Shown here one piece after another: positions 25,384-38,041 of a DNA stretch of 64,000 nt. The DNA lies in contig CM119371.1 in assembly GCA_051294905.1 (NCBI GenBank), positions 15,624,001 to 15,688,000 of the forward strand, given 5' to 3'. The DNA comes from Botryllus schlosseri (taxonomy: Eukaryota). Both the position numbers and the translations under genes were made by a program. Position 1 is the stretch's first letter. The number at the start of each line of letters is the position of its first letter. The notes beneath the pieces are model-generated. The model was not told the origin of the DNA. It made no database searches and saw only the letters and a program-made list of their open reading frames with translations.

Positions 25384-27754
25384 CAGTGGCGGCTCGTGAC
25401 AATATCGGGTGGTGGGGCAAGGGCTGCGAGCGACTTTTATCAACATGACGTCACAATGGCGTTTTCCAACGTAAAAAAGTAACTTTATGATGGTCACATG
25501 AATTTCCCGACAATAGTGATTTTAACGTAGGTGCCGCGAGAGGTTTGCCGGTGAGCCGTGACTTGAAGTGTGGTAACAAATGTTTTATTCATTTATTTTT
25601 AATCAAAGGATTATTTTACAAAATGTACGTGAACTAAGAATCGTCCCTATGCCACGAATCAAGTATCAGGTCATCCTTAGTAGCATGCGTTTTGATTTCA
25701 TGGTAGAGTTATAGATTACGCAAATCGATAGACCCTAAAATCCGACCGTCACCCCAAATTCGAAATCCGGATCCAGTCCGGCCAGGTAAAAAAACATTGA
25801 AATCCTGCTCCGGCTCCTGAACCGGACTGTGGCCATCTCTGGTTATACGACCAGGTGATAATAGGCAACCAAAGCGGAGGCACCCGGCGTACGATTGGAT
25901 CAATAGACTGGACAACTTCTAGACCTCTCATTTTCGCTCTAAAGGCAACTGCGTAAACTACGTACGGAATAAAGTTTCAATACGATTCATGTTCGCACTT
26001 GACTTGACCTGACTAATTCCAATGACTAGAACTCGAGAGATCGCGTAAGCCTAACTGGAAAGGTCAACGAGTTCGGACACATACGCAATTGTTATATCAT
26101 AGATTGGGCCTGTCATATTGAATCCAGAACATCAATTTGAATGGTCTTTGAAGAACTAAGGACAGGAGCCTCGGAACTTCGGTCTCGGAACAACGTAGGA
26201 CATTTTGGCCTTGAAACTGGAGACTGTGACACAACACATACGGCTTACTGTCTATAAGTCTGCTGCGAAATCGCCGTTGGAAAATATATTAATATATAAA
26301 TACATGAATAAAAGCCGTAACTTAGTATACTGTTACAAGAAATCATCGAGAAGTAGCATACGCAATCTCATAACCCATTCCGGTATGGTACACTGTCAAA
26401 ATCAATGCAAACAGACGAACACCGAACTTTGAGTAAAATAGATCGAGGAATAGGCTGATCGAATGATCAGCTGTTAGCCGACATCGAAAATGAAATAGCT
26501 ATCGCAATTGACAGGGGATTGTAAGCAAATGGTTTGAAGGCCACAATTTCACAGTGAAACGGACATTGGCGAACATAAAATTATGTGAATATTTGAATGC
26601 AAACCGAGAATCTTGGTTAGCTGTTTCATGCGATCATCGAGATATACCATTGGAAATATCATCACCGATCTCGTTATGGAACGCAGACTATAGATTAGCA
26701 CAGACCGACACCGGCTTTTGCGTGAGATCCGCAATGACGTAGGTAGGCTAAGTATCAGATCAGCGCGCATCTCTACCATACTAGACCTCGAAAACGAAAT
26801 AACTGCCTCAATCATTGAGTGTCAACTTCAAGACTTGGCACCGCGTTCGATACTAAAATCAAGACATACCGTGTGAAAGCTCATGACAGATCTAGGTATG
26901 GAACATCGTTAAAATCAATAGAGACCAATAACGGCTTTTGCGTAAATTTGTTGGCGATAAATGAAGAGTCAGCTCTTACTCGACTTTGGAAACGAAATTA
27001 CCACCCACATAGTTCAGTGACAAACTTAAAACTTGTTACAGCGGTCGATACTAACACTTACCGTGCCAAATGTCATGACCGATCTCGGTATAGAACATCG
27101 TCAAAATCAATGGAGACCAATACCGGCTTTTGAGTAAAATCTGTTTGCTGTACTATGTACATGATAGATCAGCACACACTGAACTTCGGAAACGGAATTA
27201 CTACCATTATCTTTAAGTAGCAAGCCTGAAACTTGGAGCAGTGTTAAATACTACCTTCACGACATATCATACCAAGTTTCAAGAATTATCATGGTGCGAA
27301 ACACCGTCAAAATCGACCTATACCAGCAAAGGTCGACTCAACGCATATTACGGTAACCGAGTTCAGATATAGATACGATTGTTACATCACACCTTAAGGG
27401 CGAGTAGGCATATTTGCCCCGGTTGCTCGGCCATTTTACGAATATGAGAGAGTAAATCACCGTTTCTTTATTGTGCGCGGCTTTGAGAGAATAGATAGTG
27501 AAAGCTTGTTATGAGCGCTACCGGGGCAAGCCCCGGCTAGGCATTCACAACGCGAAAACACAGAAGAGAATTCGATTTTCGCAGAGACTTCGCTATGTAT
27601 GGGCGTTTGCAAGCGAAAGCACAAGAAGAACGCGGGTTTCGCTGTGATCTCGGTATGTATTGATTGCTGTGCGTCTATAAATGGTTAAATTGTTATTGAA
27701 CAGAATTTTAGGTGGGGCAATGCCCCAGTTGCCCTATAGGACGAGCCGCCACTG
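25384..27754. mobile_element. Non-autonomous hAT-type element with an internal tandem array of about 200 bp units
   Basis: TIR CAGTGGCGGCTCGT, perfect TSD CCTACGTC (25376-25383, 27755-27762). About 5 diverged units (GTCAAAATCAAT...ACCGGCTTTTG) at about 26395, 26690, 26905, 27100 and 27305. Confidence 0.88.
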
Positions 27755-30700
27755 CCTACGTCATACCTTCTGTACGGGGCACGATCACAAAACGACACAG
27801 TTTTCGATGTTTTTTTTTGTTATCCAAAAAATCGCAACCGATTCAAAACTACAAATAGATATACGTTGTACTTATTTGTACCTATTTGAATTTGTGTATC
27901 TATTTGTTGGCGAGAAGAAATAGGGGGTAACATTTCGTGTGACATCACAGCGCACTTCAAGATTGTGAATGAGTGCGATATTCCAGTAATCGTGCTCTGT
28001 TGAATATGGCCCTACAGAACGTAAATCTTACGAAGATTGTATTAACCAAGTCGCTGAAACTCATCATTCTACGATCATCAACCGCTGTACCCACTTTAAC
28101 ATCGAGCGGCTTCGACATTCTCCGGTTTAATAGCTACAACAGCTGTTATGATATTAGACGCACTCATACATGACAATATATAAAAACCCGTTGCGCAAGG
28201 TTTTGATTTTAATTGGTATAGGTAAACATCCTCTTGCTTAGAAAGGGTGGAAACAGAATACCAGATAAAACGTTAATAAGTGTTCTAAGCCATAGCCTTG
28301 GTATATATATGATTATTACGCCAAACAGTTGCCCGTGTTTTCCTAAATTCAAAAAGCTGTGACATATGTGGAATTACATCTGGGCCTACATGCTGCGATA
28401 TCTCCCGATCGCATTTATAAAAGGTGTATGCGGCACCGGATTCCCGTGTTGATATCTCCATACTGGTACACTCACTACTATCGTGTTATGTCACTGAAAC
28501 AATGTGAAACATATTACGGGTTTCAGGAAATCAGTCTCGCATATCTTCTTGTTGTTGGCAGAGATGCAGAATAATGCTCGTCGATGGCTTTTTTCAATCC
28601 AAGGTTGACACGTGTGTAAAGTCAGATAAATGGCGTCATCAAATGGGATATGAAGCTCATCTAGTCAGAAGCTATTCCTGAGCTCGGTATTGATTGAATC
28701 TAGAATCAGTCATATCACAATCTTATGGTGTATTGAGTTGATAAAAATTTCAATAAAATTAGGATGGTGATGATGAATCACGTGATATATTAAGCACCAA
28801 GTCCCTCGCGCCTAGAAAATGTGTGTATTTATTCCTTGTGGAGAGCGCCAAAATCCGACATCTCAGGAAACTTTGATGTTAAGGCATTATGCAGAGTCGA
28901 TATAATCTGTGATGAAATGAGAGACGCGCTTATGCATGACCATGTAAAACCCATGGCGCGAAGATTTTACGTGAATTTGGTATACATCTCCTGCGTAGTA
29001 AGAGAGCAAATGAAAGCACAAGAACCGAGGCCTACGACACCTTACGTTATACCTAAGTTATCGTAGGCCCCAAGAGAAACAAATAATTTTATGAATGAAA
29101 GTGGAAAGGTCTGCTACACGATATAACTTCAGCTTACGTGATACGTGATACGAACCCCGTGCGAAACAGTTTCCAATGTTTTTTTTTATATTTATAATTA
29201 AAATACAACCGTAACCAACTAAAACCAACAACTGCATGCTGTATTATCTATTTGATTGCGAGAACAAATGGTGGGGAGCATTTCGTGTGACACCAGAGCC
29301 CATCCTTGATTGTGAATGAGTGCGATATTTACAGTAATCCATCGAATATGACACCAGAGCAAGTCACTCTCACGGCGCCTTAATTAACAAAGTCAGTAGC
29401 CATAGACTCTAGCACTTACCTCAACATCGATAGTATTCGAGATTAGCAGAGATTTCATAGCTAACAGAACTGTGATAAAATGAGTTTAGCACTATTGCAC
29501 CATAGAAACTCGCGGCGCGCGGCTAATATCTCCATTTAATATGAATCCAGTACGTAGTAAGGGGGAAATGTGTAAAGTATGAAGTTATCCTACGTCATCG
29601 GTACGATCGCAACGGGACAAAATATCCTGTATTTTTTAAATTCGAATATTCGTTACCCGAAAACCATAACTAGCAACTACATACTATGTTATCTAATTGT
29701 TTGAGTAAAGAATTAATAATTATTTTCCTGGTTCTGTCCGTAATGAAAGATAAACGAAAATGTATTTATATGTCAAATTCAAGACAGTTACGAAGATTAC
29801 TTTCAAGCATATCCTGCGTTGACTGAGCACAGCCTAACTTGCGTTATCGTCGAGGTATTGAAATAAGGGCGCATGATCTCACGATCTGATTTATAAAACG
29901 GTCTGTGTTACGAGCTTTCCCTTGTGCATCTCCATATGGGGACACTTACATATGCCACTACTGTTACAATCCACGTTAGTACTCGGAAATCAGTCTCGCA
30001 CAGGGCATGTATGTATGCTGTTGGCAGATAAGCACGATAATGCTCATCGCATACTTTTTCAGTCAACAGTTGTCATGTGTGTAGATGAAGAACCAGGAGA
30101 ACAGCGTATACAAATGCTAGATGAAGCTGGGGTCAGAATCGATATAGAGATCTCAGTACTAATTGAATCTCGAATAAGTCACGTGCTACATTAAAGATCA
30201 AGTCGATCTCGTCCAGCTGATGTTTGCATTTTTCTTTGTCATCAGACGCGAGACGATGCGGTAGTCAGAATTGATTTCCTGAGCTCAGTAGTAATCGATT
30301 CAGTATGGTGCTAGATTCAGCACCAAGTGATTCGCGCCTTAACGGTGCTCGCATTTCTTCATGGCTAGAGAATTAGGTCAATCAGACAGCTTCGATGCTA
30401 AACTGCCATACAAATTGGATACACTGTGCGGAAATGTGAGACGCCCTCATGCATTACCATGCAATAACTCGTGATGCTAAGCTTTTACGTGCGTTTGGTA
30501 TACAACTCTTGTGTAGTCAGGGTAGAGTAAAAGTGGCGTACTATACCTAAGTTATTTTAGGCCACGGGAGAAACATAATTATTGAACGAATAACCAAAGG
30601 AAACTGTCCTCAGTACGTGCGGTACGATCGCAACGCCAAACTATGTCCTTTTGTTGCAATTCGAGTAAACGTATCCTATTTAAAACTACGACGACATGAT

Positions 30701-32355
30701 GCGATGTTAATTTGCTTACGAGGAGAATTAGCGAGTAGCATCTCGTGCGACATCACGACGCACTCGATTGTGAAGGACTACGATATCCCCAGTAAACCAT
30801 TGAATATGACCAAACAGCAAGTCAATTTCACGGAGCTTGCATTAACCGAGTCGTTGGAAGTCACCATCCGAACATCATCAACTGCTGCACTCAATTCCGC
30901 AGCGAGAGGCTTCGACCTTTGCCGATTTCATATCTACAACAGCTGTCAGGAAATGAGAGACTCACTCATGCATGACAAGAAATAAACACTATGCCCAAGG
31001 TCGCTGTGTCAATTGGTATAAATATCGTGGAGAAAGCAGAGTAACACATAATTTACCGAACGTGCAAAGAAAACGTGGAAAGGTGTCCTAAGCCATAACC
31101 ACAGATCACTACGTCTAACATTTATCGACGTTTTTTTTAATTTCATTCGAACATTTGTGATTCATGTAGAACTACATATACAAACATGCTGTGACATAGA
31201 TTTATTTGTGAGGAGAGTTAGGAAGTTGCGCCATGTGCCGTCAGTGCGGTCGAATAATTTGAATATTCATCCATTGTTTCATTAGGGATTCAATTCAAAA
31301 GATTTGCAATGTTTTTACTGATATCGACCCGTAACAATAACCGTAGTTGGGGATTAAATCTAGTTTATAACAAATAAGCGGATAACTAATTTCTGGTATC
31401 ATTCGGTTATGTCAATGTCCAGACACCAGTAAATCTGTATTCATTAATTAGGGTCTTGAATTAGATCCAGGGAAATCTACGATAGGGCACAGAAAGTTGA
31501 ACAAAAGAAGCGAGCCATGAATATTTATTGGCGCTTCACTCAGCAGCTATGATTTTCATTGCAGCGACGTCATATTTATTCGAATATTATGCTTCTTTAT
31601 TTCATTCATGGGATACAAACATCATATTTAGCAAGAAATCGAATATTCATACGACGATTTGAATAATATTGTAGTGTTATGTGGATGGCTAGTAATTCCG
31701 CATTTACGCTACGGCGCACGACAGGGATATAATAAAATTATTATTTTCCCGACTTTCATGCAGTTGTGAGTAAGCTATGCAGTAGGGGCTTACAACTTTA
31801 TACCAGCATATGTGTTTCTACAGTATTACGGAGCGTTGATTTTATGACACAACGTTTTATATTGGGTCACAACTATGGTAACATATTTTGATAGATAGGC
31901 GTTATAGACCTACACTGTTGCGTCTTGTCGGTTATGGAAATGGCTAAATAGCTTTTGGAAATGAGCATAATATGATAGACAGATGTAAAGCTCTCATAAT
32001 GCTTCGCGATAACGCGATTCAGATTAAAAGATCGATTCGAGTTTTGACGAGTAATGCTTGATAATGCTCTTTCTGAACGACGAGGAGATGTGTCGCCTGC
32101 TTCAGATGTTTGGAACTTGCGTGGCAGTAGCCTATATGTCGAAGCGACATACCTCAATGACCATTCCGTGGTATGCTTCGCAGATTTAAAGAACTCATAC
32201 ACTATATAGATTCCCCTTTATTCTCATGCAACAGCATTGTGTCCGCCATATGTTCCTGACCGATATTCGAAATACGCGGTTCAAACTCTTGCTGGACGGA
32301 TGTAAATTTTGGTCACACCTTATCCAAGACGCCCATTGTAAAATACTATTGTATT

Positions 32356-33817
32356 TAAGGCTGCATTTAAAACAAATGTTTGTTTAAAACACTTTGTTTA
32401 AAACATGTTTTAAACTAGAGGTCTCAAACTCAAATGTGCTCGCGGGTCAATTTGCTACTTTTTGTTGATGCCGCGGGCCGCAGCATCAATAATAGGGACG
32501 TGCAATATATAATTTCCAGCTAGGTCCTATTTAACGGGACCTTGCAGACAGGCATTCCACAAACATCGTGAAAATGTAATTCCCTTTGTACTATTCACGT
32601 TTGATAAGGAAAAAGATAACATTTTCAAATATTTGAAAAAATTGTTTTTGTGGCGGGCATAATTTGTTAAAATAATGAGTTATAGACATCATGCAAGACG
32701 ATGCATCATGACATCGTAAAAATATCGGGTTATAATATTGCAGCTATTGCACCTTTGATGTGCCTCGATTTTATGTACAATATTTTTGAATCCACAGAAG
32801 ATTGATCTGATATCAGATCATTTGAGCGGTGTAGCCCAATCCTGGTGTTGATATAGTCGTGATAATTAGGCTATTGTTACTGTCATTGCCAAAGTCAAAT
32901 TAAATCAGCGTTAGATTTTGTTTTCGTTTATTATTGGATCATATCAATAACAATATATAATTATTGAGCCATAGTAATAGCATTGCTTCCTAATCTTTTT
33001 AGTGATCGTACCACATTGTACTTCGGAAAAGATTTCTCGTATCCCCTGTCCATTTTCAACACAATTGATTGATTGTACCTATATTAGAATGAAGACTATT
33101 TTCCATGACAGTTGCATGGATTGTTGCGTCAGTACGATTACCAAGTCACCGTTGCGAGTCGCAAGTCCTTCTCTGATTGTAATATTTGACCCGACTTAGC
33201 ACGAGTCATTTCTATTAAATCGAGTAATTTTACGGTCATATTTTATCATCATGAACTTGAAATGTGAAGTAATAACGGATATTATACCGGATGGTGACGT
33301 GATAATGAAGTTTGTTAAAATTTCAGCGATTTTTATTGTAGTTTCAGGGTGAACTTCAAAAAAAGATATATTGCACTTGAATATATTGATGAATACTTGA
33401 AATTCCCAAATGCCGTCGCGTGTTTGAGACCTCTGTTCTAAACAAAGGCCTTTAAAAAAATTGTTTTTTTTCAAGTTGTATAATTATGCCATCATTGTGT
33501 AAATACTTCAAAAAACGTGTTGTATGAGCCTACGGACGACTACCAACTTATATAGCCGACGTATACGATATGGGATGGTTGGAAACCTCAAAATAGTCGG
33601 TTCAACAGCTATAGTACGTAGATATTTCGTCAAAGGAGCTATATTTACCCTGTATTTTCAATTGGGAATACCCATCCACTGTGACGTCACAATTTAATAT
33701 ATTGGTGACGTCATGGCTTAAAAAACAAACAAAAAAACAATAAAAAACACGTTTTAAACAAAGGCCTTGTTTAAACATGATTGTTTTAAATTGATTTTTG
33801 TTTTAAATGCAACCCTA
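32356..33817. mobile_element. TAGGGTTGCA-family hAT MITE, copy 1
   Basis: Ends TAAGGCTGCATTTAAAAC and GTTTTAAATGCAACCCTA; TSD ATTGTATT (32348-32355, 33818-33825). Homologous to 38550-41023 in the opposite orientation. Confidence 0.8.
32416..33435. mobile_element. CAGAGGTCTCAAAC-family hAT MITE nested in copy 1
   Basis: Ends TAGAGGTCTCAAAC and GTTTGAGACCTCTG; TSD TTTTAAAC/TTCTAAAC (7/8). Same family as 58359-59493. Confidence 0.8.
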
Positions 33818-33930
33818 ATTGTATTGCCGAAGTTAAAATAATACAATAAGAGATCGACTGGGAAAATATATTACACTATATTATAACACCCATTTCAATC
33901 TTCCGGTATTCTTGTATAGCAAAATAGATT

Positions 33931-35594
33931 ATGGAATCTGAGATGACGATCGTTTACAAAAAATCGGAACCACACCAGAGCAATCTGTTGTCGCAATTGA
34001 AAGCAAATGGGGAGTTTTGCGACGTCACCATTACATGCGGACACGTCGAAGTTATGGCGCATAAATGCGTGTTGGCCGCATCCACGGAATATTTTAGGGC
34101 AATGTTCTCGAACGACACGTACGAAGCCAACACCGGATCTATTGACTTCTCCTCGGCAATGACTCCCGAGGTTTTGAGCCAATGCGTCGACTTCATTTAT
34201 TTGGGGTCTGTGGCGATCACCAAGCTATTAGCGCGAGGCCTGCTTGACGCTGCGGAAATGCTGCAGATGCCGAAACTATCTGAACTATGCGTCGAATTCC
34301 TGGCCGAAAACATTGATCTGACAACGTTCGCGGAAGTGATCAACTTGTCTCGTCTCTATAATAAGGATGCTTTAAATGGGCCGATATTGACATTTCGTGA
34401 TGCTAATCTATATGCGCTCGTAAAGTCTGCCCATATCAACTTGCTGGATTACGACATGATGGATTATTGTTTCGATTTGATGAGGGGTTCGTTTCGATCG
34501 TCCGAGCTCATAAAATGGGCCGGGCTGGTGGTGTGGACGAACGCGAATGTCGAAGAAAGAAAAACCAAGTTTCACGATCTATTTCTAAAGATCGATTTAC
34601 AACGCATTCCGCGAGAAATCGTTAAAAAGCGAATTTGTACAGTGAATCTGATTGATGGCTCGCTGAAATGCCTGCAACATATCCGCAATTACTTCGCAGG
34701 CAAGCTACCAGCTCCCGCTGAGAATAGGATCCCGCCGATGAGCCACATCACGTCGATTAATAAAGCTACTAAAGTGGTTTACCAATACGACTTGTGTAAT
34801 GAGACGTGGAAAAAAGCCGGTGAACTGCCATCAACGGTTGGCTGGCATTGCCAGGCTGTGGAATATCACGGGATACTTTACGTTGGCGACAGTGTTTCTT
34901 TGCACGCCTTCAACGGGACAGAATGGAGATGTGTAATGACGATGGAGGAAGACGACGGTAGCGACGACGAAGACGAAAGCGACAACAAAGACGATGGCCG
35001 CGATAAGTCACAGTATAATCAGATTATTTGCACAGGAAAATGGGTGATAATGGTCAACGGTCAACTATGATGTTTGATATAGCCTCTGTTGAGGGGCACA
35101 GTGTGGATTACGAAGATATGCAACTTTCAGAGGGATTTTTTGTCGCGAGCGATAAAAAGTCGGTATATGTGTTGGGCGGACAGGAAGGACACACATATGC
35201 AGACGGAAGCAATTCTGTTTCAAGATTGATACTCCAAAACAAAGAGTATTCGCAATCTCCGTCGATGATCAAGGGGAGGGCGTACGGGGCAGCCATTTGG
35301 TACAAGGAATTTCTCTACGCTCTCGGAGGCGTCACGTGTACAGTCGAATTCCTAAACGAACAGACGAGGCAATGGCAGATTTTGAACAATTTAGAGATAC
35401 AATGTCGACATGTCAAAGTACACCTTTCCGACAAGCTGTATATATTCGGCGGCGTGTTGGGCACTGATGTTAAAACTGTTGAACTACGCGAACTTGAAAT
35501 TCCCGCGAATGAGGTGCAACCTACCAAACGCAGTGCTGGCGACATGGAGGCGTGCTGCGCGTCGTATGCCAAGTATATCAAGCTTTCAAATTGA
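33931..35594 (+). pseudogene. Second Kelch-like (BTB-BACK-Kelch) gene, intronless, one frameshift at about 35040-35067
   Basis: 33931-35070 gives BTB (FCDVTI...AHKCVLAASTEYFRAMF), BACK and early Kelch blades. The overlapping frame 35028-35594 gives further Kelch repeats (SVYVLGG, FLYALGG, KLYIFGG). The overlap excludes an intron; adding 1 nt joins the frames. Confidence 0.8.
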
Positions 35595-35799
35595 TCATTA
35601 TTGTCCAGTGCTTCGATCCTTTTCTGTTTCAATACATTATCCATTGTGTGCGGCATTACATTGGACAATAGCGACGAGTCATCATTCTATAGTTACATTT
35701 TAGTATCAAAATTGCAATCAGTTGTAATTCAGCATTTATCCCAATTTGATTTCGGCATGTACAGCATGTAAATAAAAGGCATGCATACTAGATTTAAGA

Positions 35800-36260
35800 A
35801 AAGAAAACATGAAAGTATAAGCGACAATAATGAATGGAGCATGTGCCGTTATAGGCGAGGTCGATATGTCAGATTGCGGTCAGGTGATCTTGAGGGCGGA
35901 CTAGTATTGATTCAGTGGAAATTGCATGTATATCGATTTGACGCATGTCGGATAGCCGACGAGATGCTGTCCCGCACTGCAAGTCCGCCATACTTAATAG
36001 AGCGATGCGCTTTCTTGTATTCCATCCTGAACATATGATAGTTGTTCTTCGAGGACGCGCGTGTGTTGTAACTATATGCGCATTTGATGCCGAGGTGAAG
36101 TCGTGAAATGGTAGTTAAAATTGCTGCATGGGACTTTGACCGCAACGGAACTGATACAAACTTGGCAATTTCTAGCTTCCTCATATCGTCCATGTCTAGA
36201 ACACCAAATCTTTTGAGTAGCGAATCGACGTCTCAACAAACAATCATTTCTAGCTTCTAG
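35800..36260 (-). mobile_element. 3' fragment of a CR1-group (L2/Crack/Daphne-like) LINE
   Basis: Minus strand reads DSLLKRFGVLDMDDMRKLEIAKFV...YSYNTRASSKNNYHMFR...HRSIKYGG.AVRDSI..AIR, matching the conserved ORF2 C-terminal L..L.I.DL.K..IAKF...YNTR...SIKY.G..WNS motif of this group. Confidence 0.7.
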
Positions 36261-37965
36261 CTACCACGTGTTTTACTGTTCAATTATATACAAAATCAAT
36301 GTTTGCTTCATATTGTCCTTTTAATCATCGCTTAATTAATTGTTAATATTCGAGCAACTGAATATTTGAATTCAATCCATTTGGGCGATAGCGAGCTTAT
36401 TCTGACGTTCCTATGATAACTATAACTAGTATTTATACATTGGCCCGGTTCAATTTCTGGATCGATACAATATAGGTTTAATAATTAGCCGCCTTTATGG
36501 TAGTAATGAATCGTAAGTACAGTATTGGAAACTTCAAAATAATACATCATAGGATAGACCTACCAATATTCCGTAAGCGAATAAAGGCGTTGCTATAATT
36601 GAGCTCCTATGATCAGTAATATATTCATAAGATTTGTTTGACAAACTTGGCACACTTCCGCATTGTCGATGTAATCAACATTGAATCCAAAACGCATTTC
36701 CACGCAAATCGTGTATCTCGCTCGAGGATAGCCAGATCTCAAAAATCATACGGGCAGCCACCCGTAGTTCAATTATAGCTCCGAGCTTCCAACAAACCGA
36801 TTTATAACTTTTGCGGCCGGGAAACTTGTTAACTGCTATAATTTGATCAACTTTACTTATTAATTGTCAAAATTCGTCGTGTCTAACATAACGTTGCGCT
36901 ATACAAGCCTATTTTGTAACGGCAGTGCCAGCACGCTGCCTCACAATCGCATCGTGGATTGCTATGTCTGTAATTCGAATTTGTCAACGTGGACATCACT
37001 GCCAAACGAGTTCATTTCTCGCTTGCGATTACGAAGACAATGAGGATTTGAAAATTGGATTGCCACACAGGCAAGGCACCGCCAAGTTTGTATTCTTCTC
37101 TTCGATTAATCAACGTATTGTGAAAAACTTAAATCACGTGCCACTGTAAAGAAACCGTGCCAGCAATTCGTAGCAACGACGAGCAACCGCGACGCCATAG
37201 AAATTTATTTATGCAGCTTGCGTGCAAACGGCGATAGTTAGAATTAAATTTTAGCTGCAGTATACTATTACGGTGTCTTTCTGAACAATATGGCTGCGGA
37301 CACATTTTATCCCGACTTTATCTTTAACTTGAGGCCACATCTCAATTATTTAGAGCGCAGCGTACATTTAATATGTACATCGTACATTGTACAAGTGCAA
37401 GTTATCAATATCCCACTTGGTAATGCTCACCGCTCTGATCTCTTGAAGGTTTTTGTAAGGAAGTTCTATAGAACTGACGGAATCCAATCTCTGGATAGTG
37501 GAAATAGCATACGGACGAACGCAGTGTAAATACTGGCATATCGAAAAGGATTGTAACCTATCAGTATATTGTATGTTCCAGTTAACCCCACTGATAAATT
37601 TACCAGAAAAGTTTCAGTTCGTGCGAATTCGCATCTGAAACAGACACGCACAGTCCTTCGCTCGCCTATTATAGTTACATTCTGAGAAAATAATTTTAAC
37701 GACAAGGCTTCCCGAATTCCATTCTCGATATTTTCAATTACACGCCACGTAATCATGTGAGGTATACGACGAAACCATTGCTTGGATTATTCTCATATAG
37801 CTCTGAATAAGGAGATCCACTCATAAGCTGCTGGAAATAATCATTTCTAATGGCAAGAACATGTGCCACCAAGATCGTGATTCATTCTTCTGTCTTGAAA
37901 AGGTGATGGTTACCGAATGCATTTTCATGTTATGAGTGCTCGAGCCTTGTGTAGGAAGCAATACA

Positions 37966-38041
37966 ATGTTACTGAAGTCAAATTTCAATCTCAAGATTTT
38001 GTTTTGCGAAGTTGTGGCCGTGCTTATTACGGCTTCGACAG
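37966..38041 (+). CDS. Mosaic gene exon 1: putative signal peptide
   Basis: MLLKSNFNLKILFCEVVAVLITAST(G), then donor GTATGT in phase 1; joins GEAVSCYVC, giving a plausible cleavage after GEA. Least certain exon. Confidence 0.6.

Larger units (their letters stand above)
24330..31260. repeat. Old tandem triplication of a 1.3-1.5 kb unit; first copy interrupted by two transposons
   Basis: Three anchors recur in the same order: CGTCATCAAAT..GATATGAAGCT-like (about 24550, 28635, 30110), ATGCATGA...TTGGTAT.CA.CTC.TG.GTAGT (about 24790/25270, 28935, 30450) and CATTTCGTGTGACA...GATTGTGAATGAGTGCGATATT (about 27930, 29280, 30740). Confidence 0.7.

Noticed and set aside
26375-27330. Spaced repeats that could be mistaken for a CRISPR array
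   Set aside because: Units are about 200 bp, diverged along their whole length, lie inside a TIR/TSD-bounded element, and there are no cas genes; the DNA is eukaryotic.
35051-35065. GGTCAAC tandem 7-mer as a transposon footprint causing the Kelch 2 frameshift
   Set aside because: Removing one copy gives an immediate stop (GTT TGA) and does not restore the downstream Kelch frame.
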